DNA from: an uncultured Bacteroidales bacterium
GTDB taxonomy: Bacteria > Bacteroidota > Bacteroidia > Bacteroidales > ML635J-15
Assembly: GCA_937982115.1 (NCBI GenBank)
Contig: CALJNE010000027.1
Coordinates: forward strand, 462 to 64,461
Reading direction: 5' to 3'
Length of the DNA stretch: 64,000 bases
Numbering within the stretch: the stretch's first letter is position 1; each line of letters begins with the position of its first letter. Made by a program: the position numbers and the translations under genes. Below the pieces are notes generated by a model. The model worked only from the letters and a program-made list of their open reading frames with translations. It had not been told where the DNA came from and ran no database searches. This document shows, piece after piece, positions 1 through 9,120 of this stretch.

Positions 1-636
1 ATTAGTTTTTTCTTTATTCAAAAGTTTAACATCTTCAATTAAAAGCTTTTCACCATCCTTAAAGAATAAAAATGCTCTATCCCCAACTCTGCCGGAAAAT
101 TTCTTGTAAAATACATCCCCTATACGTTCTCCAACATTAACAAATTTAAACTCCGTCAATCGGCTATCCGTAATGGAACACAAATTAACTTTCTGTAAAA
201 TTCTCTTACTTTTCCGAGTGGCTTGCTTACGTCCTTTTTCATTAAAATTAAAGCTAACTTTATTTGCAAGCGTTACCGACTCGTAATCTTGCTTAACTAA
301 TTGCAAAGATATAAAAATCTTATGACGCCAGTCAAAGGCGGTTAATATACTGATCCCAAACTTTTTTGAAATATTTTTTATCGTCAAAACTTCTCCACTA
401 TTAAACATATCAAACAATCTCAAAAATTTTTCTTTTTTATTTATATAGTGAATGCTACTCCCACTCGTAGGAATAAACGTACGACGACATACTTTGCATC
501 TATATCTCGAGACATTTACATACTTTCCAAACTTAACAAAATGTGAACTTCCACAATGAGGGCATTCCTTGATTGGCAGATTCACAATTTCTTTTGGGAA
601 AGGATTGCGTTTTGGTTTTTTAGGTTTTTGGTTCAT
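1..636 (-). CDS. IS1595-like zinc-ribbon/HTH transposase-related protein; only the N-terminal 212 codons are in the window
   Basis: My own minus-strand translation from the ATG at 636 gives MNQKPKKPKRNPFPKEIVNLPIKECPHCGSSHFVKFGKYVNVSRYRCKVCRRTFIPTSGSSIHYINKKEKF...LTAFDWRHKIF... and stays open to position 1. It is absent from the ORF track because no stop lies in the window. It shares the CxxC...CxxC ribbon, the RTFIP-SG-SIH block and the FDWRHKI block with ORF 46653-47696. Confidence 0.55.
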   Translation of the reverse strand, partial: MNQKPKKPKRNPFPKEIVNLPIKECPHCGSSHFVKFGKYVNVSRYRCKVCRRTFIPTSGSSIHYINKKEKFLRLFDMFNSGEVLTIKNISKKFGISILTAFDWRHKIFISLQLVKQDYESVTLANKVSFNFNEKGRKQATRKSKRILQKVNLCSITDSRLTEFKFVNVGERIGDVFYKKFSGRVGDRAFLFFKDGEKLLIEDVKLLNKEKTN

Positions 637-979
637 TTTTTTGAATGAGTTTGAATAAAAAAATTGAAATATCAACACATTTTTGTAATAATTTATTTTT
701 TTCATTTATCTTCCACCTAACTAAAACACTTTCGAATTTTAACATCATTTACTCTTAAACTATGTGAACATTACTTTTTTGATTGGTACGTTTCTTTCAC
801 TTTTAAGATTTGATTAAATCTCCTTATTTTTGATTCATTTTTTATCCGACTTACTCAATAGAAATTTTTACAAATTTAAATAAATTTTTTGTAATTATTT
901 AGTTCCCCTAAAAAAATAAAAAATTTTGACCCTCCATTATAGATATATCGCTGGTAATTTAATTTTTATATCTCTTTTT

Positions 980-2461
980 TCAAATTCTAAAAGCATAATA
1001 AGCAACAGTACCATTAGGATAAACGCCTTCAATGAATAATGATCCGTCGGACTCATTAATGGACTTTTCGATATCTTCCACAGTGTTAATAACTGTGTTA
1101 TTTATTTTGGTAATAATATATCCACGCCTTACACCATTAGCTGCAAATTTCCCTGGATAAATATCAACAATTTGAACACCATTTCGTAATCTTAGTCTTG
1201 TTCTTAAATTTTCTGGAACCGGTTCGAATTTTGCTCCCAAAACTTCTATATTTTTACAATGTACAAAATCAACCTCGCCATATTTATTCTGCAGTTGTAG
1301 TTCGAAGACTTTAGGGAATTTACCTCTTTTTGCAACAATTTTAACATTATCACCGGGGCGAAATCTGCTAATCTGCTCAAGCAATTCGGTAGTAGAATTT
1401 ATGCGAGCAGAGTTTACTCCTAATATAACATCGCCTTCTTTCATCCCGGCTTTATCGGCGGCACCATTTGGCAGAACTCTTGCTACATAAACTCCTTCAA
1501 CACCATCGAGGTTAAATTTACGAGCAATTTCGGAAGTTACGTCCACAATTTCAAAACCGGCATAGGCACGCTGAACTTCACCAAATTCAATTAAGTCTGC
1601 AACAACTTTACGCACAATACTAACAGGAATAGCAAAAGAATAACCCACAAAAGAACCTGTTCGTGAGGCTATGGCAGTATTTATCCCGATTAATTCGCCT
1701 TTTAAATTAACAAGAGCACCTCCGCTATTTCCGGGATTAACGGCTGCATCGGTTTGTATAAATGATTCTATGGCAAGATTATCTGATAAAATATTCAAAT
1801 TTCTTGCTCGCGCACTTACAATACCTGCAGTAGCAGTAGATGTCAGATTAAATGGATTACCAATAGCCAAAACCCACTCTCCCACTCTAATAGAATCGCT
1901 ATCTCCAATTGTAATTGCAGGTAGATTATTTGCATCTACTTTCAACAAAGCAATATCGGTTGTAGGATCACGACCAATAATTTTAGCAGGAAACTCTTTT
2001 CGATTATTTAAAATTACTTCTATTGTTTCAGCATTCTCAATAACGTGATTATTTGTAACAATATAACCATCTTGCGACAAAATTACTCCCGAACCTGATG
2101 AAATTACCGGAGTAAAATTTCTGGGAGGTGTTCCGAAAATAAAATCATACAAGGTATAATTCGGTTGATTAAATTGAGTTTTGATATGAACTACAGCCGG
2201 CAAAGCCCTTTCAGCTGCAATAGTGAAATCTGCAGGTGCACCGGCAATAGACATATTATCAAATAATACTTGTCTTGTACTTGTACTTAATTCTGTTTTA
2301 CTTTCAACATAATTCTTATAATCCTCAACTAACTCATGATTTCCTGTGGAAAATTTATCCCCGTAGATACCAAAAAATATCAGCAATACAACAAAAGCTC
2401 CAAGAACTCCACCAAAAAATGAGATAACCAAATTTTTAGAGATGACATTTTTCATTTTCAT
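980..2461 (-). CDS. htrA: HtrA/DegP-family periplasmic serine endopeptidase with two PDZ domains
   Basis: Trypsin-like triad context is present (TNNHVIENA, DIALLKV, GNSGGALVN), followed by two PDZ-like segments (GVYVARVLPNGAADKAGMKEGDVI; GVQIVDIYPGKFAANGV). An N-terminal TM/signal is present. I moved the start to the internal MKMKN methionine. Confidence 0.9.
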   Translation of the reverse strand: MKMKNVISKNLVISFFGGVLGAFVVLLIFFGIYGDKFSTGNHELVEDYKNYVESKTELSTSTRQVLFDNMSIAGAPADFTIAAERALPAVVHIKTQFNQPNYTLYDFIFGTPPRNFTPVISSGSGVILSQDGYIVTNNHVIENAETIEVILNNRKEFPAKIIGRDPTTDIALLKVDANNLPAITIGDSDSIRVGEWVLAIGNPFNLTSTATAGIVSARARNLNILSDNLAIESFIQTDAAVNPGNSGGALVNLKGELIGINTAIASRTGSFVGYSFAIPVSIVRKVVADLIEFGEVQRAYAGFEIVDVTSEIARKFNLDGVEGVYVARVLPNGAADKAGMKEGDVILGVNSARINSTTELLEQISRFRPGDNVKIVAKRGKFPKVFELQLQNKYGEVDFVHCKNIEVLGAKFEPVPENLRTRLRLRNGVQIVDIYPGKFAANGVRRGYIITKINNTVINTVEDIEKSINESDGSLFIEGVYPNGTVAYYAFRI

Positions 2462-2545
2462 ATTCCTTTTTTTTATAATTTTACACAAAATTAACGAAGA
2501 GTATATTTTTTTGTTCGATTAAGTTTTATATTTTAACATTTTTTT

Positions 2546-3325
2546 ATGTTAATAAAATTTGAAAAATATCACGGTGCGGGAAACGATTTCATAATAATTG
2601 ACAATCGCATCTATAATTTAAGTTTAACAACCGAACAAATAAGTTTCCTCTGCCACAGAAGATATGGAATTGGTGCTGACGGTCTGATGACAATCAACTT
2701 GCATCCGATTTTTGATTACGAAATGAAATATTATAATTCCGATGGCAAAGAAAGTACAATGTGTGGCAACGGTGGCCGATGTATTGCTGCTTATGCTTAT
2801 TCAAAAAAAATTGCCGACAAGAAACAAAACTTCTTAGCTAAAGACGGATTGCACCATGCTGAAATTATTGATTCAGAAGTGAGACTAAGCATGATAAATG
2901 TTGATAAAATTAACTATCTGGGAGATGGTTACTTTCTCAATACCGGTTCGCCACATTTTGTAATTATTACAGAAAATATTGACAAAGTTGATGTTTTCAA
3001 CGAAGGTAGAAAATTTGCAGATGACAAGCGTTTTACCCCCGAAAGAACTAATGTAAACTTTATTTCCCTAACTCCCCAAAAAAATACTATAAAAATTGCT
3101 ACTTATGAAAGAGGAGTTGAAGCGGAAACTCTTGCTTGCGGAACCGGTGCGGTTGCAGCTGCAATTATAGCTTATGACACAGGCCTCACAGATTCTGATG
3201 AAATAACTTTACTCGCTAAAGGTGGAACACTAAAAGTAAAATTCCGCCACAACGAGGGAATTTACTCTGATATTTTTTTGCAAGGACCAGCTGTAAAAGT
3301 TTTTAGCGGAGAAATTGAAGTGTAA
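2546..3325 (+). CDS. dapF: diaminopimelate epimerase
   Basis: N-terminal KYHGAGNDFIIID and both catalytic Cys motifs (MCGNGGRC, ACGTGAVAAA) are present; the length of 259 aa fits. Confidence 0.9.
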   Translation: MLIKFEKYHGAGNDFIIIDNRIYNLSLTTEQISFLCHRRYGIGADGLMTINLHPIFDYEMKYYNSDGKESTMCGNGGRCIAAYAYSKKIADKKQNFLAKDGLHHAEIIDSEVRLSMINVDKINYLGDGYFLNTGSPHFVIITENIDKVDVFNEGRKFADDKRFTPERTNVNFISLTPQKNTIKIATYERGVEAETLACGTGAVAAAIIAYDTGLTDSDEITLLAKGGTLKVKFRHNEGIYSDIFLQGPAVKVFSGEIEV

Positions 3326-3357
3326 AAAAAAAATCCCGATTTTTTTTCGGGATTTTT
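3324..3357. terminator. bidirectional rho-independent terminator between the convergent dapF and lipoprotein genes
   Basis: The sequence aaaaaaaaaATCCCGAttttttttTCGGGATtttt has a 7-bp stem flanked by an A-run and a T-run. Confidence 0.7.
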
Positions 3358-3373
3358 ACCAATTAACTTATAA

Positions 3374-4258
3374 TTATTCCAAAATATATGTTTCTGTAAC
3401 CCTATCAACAACGTTATTCTTAGTTACATTCAATTCCAGAACAATTCTGGCAATTGTTTTGGAATTACCAATATATTCAATTCTTGACAAAGGCACACCA
3501 TTAATATCTTCTACACCGGCTATATAAACTTTATAGTTTTCATTTCCTGTAGTGTCTAAATAATTTTGTGCAGGAATTTTAAGGTGTCTGAAAGTCAAAA
3601 TTGAATCAAAACCTTCCACATAGGTCATGTCTTTGAAAAACGGAACTGAAGGATTATTAGCACTTCCCATATATGCTATGCTTGGATCAGCACTGGTAGG
3701 CTGTCCGGGATTCCACAAATCTGCATTTACTCTGTAATAAATTTTTCTGCCGTCCCAGGTATGAGCATAAACTTTTGAAAATCTCAAACGACCTGGCACT
3801 CTTTGATCTGCAACTATTGTTGATTTATATGTTGTATCATTTGCAATTTGTGAATCACGACGAGTGATATATGAACCAATAAAAGGTTCGCTTATGTTTA
3901 CGACTCTTACAAGCCTTTTCTTTTTAGCAACATTTCCGGCAAGGTCGGTGGCAGTATAAGTAATTTCATATTCCCCTGTTCTATTGAGGTATCCTTCACT
4001 ATTTACTTTTAAAACTGCTTCAATATCAGAAGTTACAACAATATCTGCTGTTTTTGTTGCGTTATCTTCAACCCTTATACCAGGATCTACATATTTCGTA
4101 AAAAGCAACACTGTTGTATCAGTTTTACCGGTAGGCATTATTTTGCCTTGAGCATCAAGCAAATAAATTTTTGGTGCTTGTGCATCCTTTTGACAGGACG
4201 AAAACATTAACGATATTCCGATTATTGCAATTAAAATAATTCCTGACAGTTTTTTCAT
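3374..4258 (-). CDS. lipoprotein of unknown function with an Ig-like (DUF5011-type) segment
   Basis: Signal peptide plus lipobox (LMFSSC). The segment EITYTATDLAGNVAKKKRLVRVVN resembles bacterial Ig-like DUF5011 domains. This is a by-eye assignment. Confidence 0.4.
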   Translation of the reverse strand: MKKLSGIILIAIIGISLMFSSCQKDAQAPKIYLLDAQGKIMPTGKTDTTVLLFTKYVDPGIRVEDNATKTADIVVTSDIEAVLKVNSEGYLNRTGEYEITYTATDLAGNVAKKKRLVRVVNISEPFIGSYITRRDSQIANDTTYKSTIVADQRVPGRLRFSKVYAHTWDGRKIYYRVNADLWNPGQPTSADPSIAYMGSANNPSVPFFKDMTYVEGFDSILTFRHLKIPAQNYLDTTGNENYKVYIAGVEDINGVPLSRIEYIGNSKTIARIVLELNVTKNNVVDRVTETYILE

Positions 4259-4349
4259 AACAATAATTTTTTTGTAAAATTAAGAATATTTATCTTTTAT
4301 AACGCAAATATAAAAATATTTTATTGTGTTTTTCAAAATTTTTATTATT

Positions 4350-6944
4350 TTACTCAACAAAAAATTTAACAGCACAATTTAAAGTTTTAAAATAAGCAAA
4401 ATAAATCCCTGTTGAAAACCAAGAAATATCTATTGCGGTTTTCCCTATTTGACAGGTAAATTCACTAATTTTTCTACCGCTAATATCATAAATTTCTATG
4501 TTATCGCTAACAGATGTTTCAATAAACAAAATTTCTTTGGCCGGTGAGGGATAAATCTTTGGTTGTGAAATAATATTTTGACTAATATTTTGATTATTTA
4601 TCGAATTTAACTCGATTTTATCAATATAAATTAAAGAACCATTATCATTTTTAGCTACAAATCGAATTAATATATCCTGATTTTTAAAATTTGAAAGATC
4701 TATTGTTACGGTATCGAAATCGTCAGCTGAAAGCGGTTTGAAAACAGACGATAGTGAATTTCCCGGAACTGTAGCCATTGTCTCTCCTCCGTTTATATAC
4801 AATGTAAATGGAAAACTATCTCCGCAATCTTTACTTAACTCAACAAATAAGCTGTCTTTATAAACATAATTTACTCGTTTTTTATAGGAATAGGTAAAAC
4901 TCAAAGTTATACTGTCATAATCGGGAAGAATGATTTTTGGCAAATACAAATAATCTTTCTGTCCGGCACGTGGTAAATAGGTTTTAAAATTAACAGCAAT
5001 ACTTTTAAATTGATCTTCCGTTCCCCAATTTAATAAGGTCCAGGTATTTTTTAAATCCGGATTTGAAACATATAAATTTGCCTCATCAAGATCTTCAATG
5101 CTTTGAAAATCAGTATAATAAGAATTTTCTTGATAATTTAAAGCTATAATTTTTTTGTTTATTGCATTGTCAAACGCATCAAATTCCTGAACAGGAGTTA
5201 TTGGTTTTACCACAGCATGTAAATAATTTTTTCCGGGAATCAAACTAAGCTCCGGACATGTAACCACTGCAAAATCCCCGGAGTTAATACTTATGTTTAT
5301 TATACTGTCGAGAACAAATTCCTCGTTGAGATAAAGTTTAAATTGAAAATTCTCCAGAGGATTGTGTCCTGTATTATTAATATTAAAAACCGGAGAGTAT
5401 TTACTCTGGTTATCGCAAAGAAAATCAATTTCAAAATCATCAGCAATTGATAGAGATATATTATAATCATTATTTACTGGTTGTTGCGGTTCGTAAATTT
5501 GAGATAAAAATTCAAATGCAGCAGCTACATCAATCAAACCATTTCCATAAACATTATCTTCTCCCGCATCGCCAAGGTCTTTTGCAGTTTGATAAAGAGC
5601 GTTTTTTAGTTCAAATGCTGATGCCTGCGGAAAAGCCTCGGATAAAAGCAATAAAGCTCCTGAAACATGCGGGCAAGCCATTGATGTTCCTTGTAGGTAA
5701 GCATAAGAATCTGTTCCCGAAGCAGATCGAATATTTACACCGGGAGCAACAACTTCAGGTTTTATTTTCAATGATCCTTCACCGTCAAAACATAATGTTG
5801 GTCCTCGGCTCGAAAACGAAGCAATAGTATTATTTGAATTTACTGCTCCAACTGCCATTGGATTAACCTCGTTAAAAGCCAACATTGCAGGAAATCCTGT
5901 AGTAGAAACTCCCGGACCATCATTTCCGGCAGAAAAAGGAGAACATATACCGGCTGTCTCAATAACAATTAAAATATCTGTTTCGGGCATTTCGCAAGCT
6001 CCAAATTGCATTGCAAGAAGATAATCATAACCCCATGAATTATTAATTACTCTCGGAACATCATCTGTTGTCTCAGGATCTCCATCAGGATCGAGTACCC
6101 ATTGAAATACCTCCATAAAATCAACCGGTGACAATAGTTCATCATTGGAACTTGCTACAGGATCACTTGCTATCCACTTAGCGTTAAATGCTACTCCAAT
6201 GGTATCGTTGTTATTTCTATCCAAACCAAGTACTGTTCCGGTTGTATGTGTACCATGACTACTGGAAGCGTGATCAACAGGTTCCGGATTTCTTACTCCA
6301 TACCACACCTGACTTAGAGGATAATTCCTTCCCAAATAATTCTCACTGATTGCCGGATGATCAGGATATACTCCGGTATCCATACTTAAGAATATACGAT
6401 TGCGTCCGGTATATCCCATAGCCCAAAGTAAATGTGCATTTATGGCTTTTAGTCCCGGCTCTGCACCATTAACACTACGTGGAACATAGCCACTTACAAT
6501 TTCTGCTTTTATTTGCCTGTATCGTCCGGAATTAATTTCAATAAATTTAACATTATTACATTCCGCAATTTTAAAGATGCTTTCTTTATCTGCTTCTAAA
6601 TATGCAGAATTGCTAATCCAGAAATATTTAAGATTTTTTAATGATGAAATTTTTATTCCTCTGTCAAAGAGATAGTTTTCAAACTCAGTTTTACTGATTT
6701 CTAAATTTTTCTTTAAAAATTTTGTTACCTCTTTAACTCTTGTATCGAAACTAGCTTTTTCCAAATCTAACTTTTTTGAAAGATCAAAAATACTTTCAGT
6801 ACTAAAAAAGAAAACATTCACTTTGTAAACATTGCTTTTTTGCGGTTGATTAAATTGGTGAAGCAATTCCGGGCCAAATACTGCCTGACCGAAAACTGAG
6901 GAAAGCAATATCCCGGAAAGTAATAATAATATGATATTTTTCAT
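4350..6944 (-). CDS. secreted subtilisin-like S8 peptidase with a C-terminal T9SS sorting domain
   Basis: S8 triad motifs are present (MDTGV, HGTHTTG, GTSMACPHVSG) with an N-terminal signal peptide. The C-terminus (KIYPSPAKEILFIE...IEIYDISGRKI...GIYFAYF) is typical of a T9SS CTD. Confidence 0.85.
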   Translation of the reverse strand: MKNIILLLLSGILLSSVFGQAVFGPELLHQFNQPQKSNVYKVNVFFFSTESIFDLSKKLDLEKASFDTRVKEVTKFLKKNLEISKTEFENYLFDRGIKISSLKNLKYFWISNSAYLEADKESIFKIAECNNVKFIEINSGRYRQIKAEIVSGYVPRSVNGAEPGLKAINAHLLWAMGYTGRNRIFLSMDTGVYPDHPAISENYLGRNYPLSQVWYGVRNPEPVDHASSSHGTHTTGTVLGLDRNNNDTIGVAFNAKWIASDPVASSNDELLSPVDFMEVFQWVLDPDGDPETTDDVPRVINNSWGYDYLLAMQFGACEMPETDILIVIETAGICSPFSAGNDGPGVSTTGFPAMLAFNEVNPMAVGAVNSNNTIASFSSRGPTLCFDGEGSLKIKPEVVAPGVNIRSASGTDSYAYLQGTSMACPHVSGALLLLSEAFPQASAFELKNALYQTAKDLGDAGEDNVYGNGLIDVAAAFEFLSQIYEPQQPVNNDYNISLSIADDFEIDFLCDNQSKYSPVFNINNTGHNPLENFQFKLYLNEEFVLDSIINISINSGDFAVVTCPELSLIPGKNYLHAVVKPITPVQEFDAFDNAINKKIIALNYQENSYYTDFQSIEDLDEANLYVSNPDLKNTWTLLNWGTEDQFKSIAVNFKTYLPRAGQKDYLYLPKIILPDYDSITLSFTYSYKKRVNYVYKDSLFVELSKDCGDSFPFTLYINGGETMATVPGNSLSSVFKPLSADDFDTVTIDLSNFKNQDILIRFVAKNDNGSLIYIDKIELNSINNQNISQNIISQPKIYPSPAKEILFIETSVSDNIEIYDISGRKISEFTCQIGKTAIDISWFSTGIYFAYFKTLNCAVKFFVE

Positions 6945-6978
6945 TTTTGTAAATTTTTCGCAATATATGATTTTTTAC

Positions 6979-7008
6979 AAAAAAAAGGGCAATACTGAGT
7001 ACTGCCCT
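6979..7008 (-). terminator. rho-independent terminator downstream of ackA
   Basis: On the minus strand the sequence reads AGGGCAgtactcagtatTGCCCTtttttttt: a 6-bp stem followed by a T-run. Confidence 0.6.
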
Positions 7009-7030
7009 AAATAAATTTTATAAAATTTTA

Positions 7031-8236
7031 TTATTTACCATTAACAAGTCTGAGAGTATCCATAGCAATAACGAGTTCTTCGTTGGTTGTAATGGTCATG
7101 GCAATTACTTTTGACTCAGGTTTGCTGATAATTTCGTCTTTGCCTCTGAGATTTTTATTTTTTTCGTTATCAAAAACAAGACCGAGGAATTCCATATCGT
7201 TAAGAACTCGTCTGCGAGTATCACAAGAATTTTCACCAATACCGCCGGTCATGATAATCAAGTCAACGCCGTTCATTACAGCTGCATAAGCACCAATATA
7301 TTTACGAACACGATGAGCATACATTTGCAAGGTTAGTTCAGCTCTTTCGTTTCCTTTTTCAGCTTCGGCTTCAAGGTCTCTCATATCTGAAGAAATTTCA
7401 GAAAATCCGTTAGTGCCGCACTTTTTATTGATGAAAGAATTTGCATCGCTGACAGAGAGATTTTCTTTTTCCATGATGAATAATAAAGCACCAAGATCAA
7501 GGTCTCCGGTTCTTGTTCCCATCATCAAGCCTTCAACTGGAGTAAATCCCATTGAAGTATCAACAGATTTTCCATTTTTAATAGCTGTAATGGATGCACC
7601 ATTTCCAAGATGGCAGGTAATAATTTTCTTTTCTTCGATATTCCAACCCAATATTTTACAAGCTTTTTCAGCAACGAATTTATGACTTGTGCCATGGAAT
7701 CCGTAACGACGGATCTTGTATTGTTCATATAATCTGTAAGGAATTGGATACATATATGAACTTGCAGGCATTGATTGATGGAAAGAAGTATCGAAAACTG
7801 CTGTTTGCGGGATATTTGGCAGTACGTCCATAATTGCTCTCATACCCAATAAGTGAGCCGGATTATGTAAAGGAGCGAGATCGCAACATGCTTCAATTTT
7901 TGCAATAGCGTCAGCATCGAGCAAAACACTTTGAGTAAAATATTCTCCTCCGTGAGCGACTCTGTGACCAACTGCCTTAATTTCATCAAGAGAAGAAATA
8001 ACTCCATGATTTTTGTCTGTAAGAGCAGCTAAAACAAGTTGAATACCAACAGTATGATTTGGCACTGGTTGTTCTATTTCATATTTTTCATCTCTGTTGT
8101 TTTTGTGAGCAAGACAACCCATGCTCAAACCAATACGTTCAACAATACCTTTTGCGAGAACTTGTGGTTCTCCCGACATCTCGAGTAATTGATACTTTAT
8201 TGAAGAGCTTCCGCAATTTAAAACTAAAATGTACAT
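7031..8236 (-). CDS. ackA: acetate kinase
   Basis: Motifs LVLNCGSSSIKYQL, HRVAHGG, GFHGTSH and TGGIGENS are present; length 401 aa. Confidence 0.95.
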   Translation of the reverse strand: MYILVLNCGSSSIKYQLLEMSGEPQVLAKGIVERIGLSMGCLAHKNNRDEKYEIEQPVPNHTVGIQLVLAALTDKNHGVISSLDEIKAVGHRVAHGGEYFTQSVLLDADAIAKIEACCDLAPLHNPAHLLGMRAIMDVLPNIPQTAVFDTSFHQSMPASSYMYPIPYRLYEQYKIRRYGFHGTSHKFVAEKACKILGWNIEEKKIITCHLGNGASITAIKNGKSVDTSMGFTPVEGLMMGTRTGDLDLGALLFIMEKENLSVSDANSFINKKCGTNGFSEISSDMRDLEAEAEKGNERAELTLQMYAHRVRKYIGAYAAVMNGVDLIIMTGGIGENSCDTRRRVLNDMEFLGLVFDNEKNKNLRGKDEIISKPESKVIAMTITTNEELVIAMDTLRLVNGK

Positions 8237-8283
8237 TTTAAAAAGTTTTAGTGATTTGACATTATTTTAATTATTATTTTTCA

Positions 8284-8394
8284 TTACATAAGCCGATTTT
8301 GCAACTGTAATGTCCTGATTTCATATCCTTCAGGCAAAACAATTCTCATTCTGTTTTTTCTTGCACTCTGTTTTATCTGTTCCAACAATTCCAT
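8284..8394 (-). pseudogene. pta: 5' stub (36 codons) of phosphate acetyltransferase (pta)
   Basis: My own translation gives MELLEQIKQSARKNRMRIVLPEGYEIRTLQLQNRLM-stop. The RIVLPEG-E-RTL block is the conserved N-terminus of PTA_PTB-family Pta. The stub ends 48 nt upstream of the ackA start, where an intact pta normally sits. Confidence 0.6.
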
Positions 8395-8460
8395 AATAAT
8401 AATTTTAAATTAGTCCCGAAAAATAAATAAAAACCTGTATTAAAAACAGAATTTTTATCA

Positions 8461-9069
8461 TTATTTTATTTTTATTCTAAACATTTTTTTTTCTTCTATA
8501 AAACCTTCGAGTACATCCTCCTTAGTAACAGAAGCTACCCCTTCGGGAGTCCCAGTAAAGATAACATCTCCGATTTTTAAAGTCATATACTTAGAAACAT
8601 CTTCGATAATTTCATCAAATTTGAAAATCATATCTGCTGAATTACCAAGCTGAACTATTTCCCCATTTTTTCTCAGAGAAAAACTTAATGAATACAGATC
8701 TTTAAATTCATTTATTGGAATAAAATCCGATATTAAAGCAGAACCGTCAAAGGCTTTTGCTTTTTCCCAAGGCAATCCTTTATTTTTGCATTGCTGCTGA
8801 ATATCTCTTGCCGTAAAGTCTATGCCTAAAGCAATGGCATCATAATATCTGTGAGCAAACTTGCGATTTATACACTTTCCAAGTCTTGAAACCCTTAAAA
8901 CTAATTCAACTTCATAATGAATTTCATTAGAAAAATCGGGAATAAAAAAAACATTTCTCCTGAGCAATGCAGATTCAGGCTTTAAAAAAAAGACCAGGTC
9001 TTCGGGATATGCTGAATTTAATTCTTCTATGTGCTTTTTATAATTTCTTCCTACACAAATAATCTTCAT
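8461..9069 (-). CDS. fumarylacetoacetate hydrolase (FAH) family protein
   Basis: MKIICVGRNYKKHIEEL, HYEVELV and the C-terminal GDVIFTGTPEGV are typical of short FAH-family hydrolases/isomerases. Confidence 0.75.
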   Translation of the reverse strand: MKIICVGRNYKKHIEELNSAYPEDLVFFLKPESALLRRNVFFIPDFSNEIHYEVELVLRVSRLGKCINRKFAHRYYDAIALGIDFTARDIQQQCKNKGLPWEKAKAFDGSALISDFIPINEFKDLYSLSFSLRKNGEIVQLGNSADMIFKFDEIIEDVSKYMTLKIGDVIFTGTPEGVASVTKEDVLEGFIEEKKMFRIKIK

Positions 9070-9073
9070 ACGA

Positions 9074-9103
9074 TAAAAAAAAAGACTGCGTAATAAACGC
9101 AGC
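9074..9103 (-). terminator. rho-independent terminator downstream of gcvT
   Basis: On the minus strand the sequence reads GCTGCGtttattaCGCAGTCttttttttt. Confidence 0.6.
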
Positions 9104-9120
9104 CCTGATTAAAACTTATT

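Noticed and set aside
1671-2048. Antisense shadow ORFs inside larger genes: 1671-2048, 5447-5827, 7083-7685, 9412-10026, 13508-14055, 23612-24120, 36383-37165, 37690-38276, 46939-47726, 52970-53414, 57275-57562, 59076-59706, 60372-60654 and 62454-62675.
   Set aside because: Each lies wholly within, and opposite to, a well-supported conserved gene, and none has a recognisable motif.
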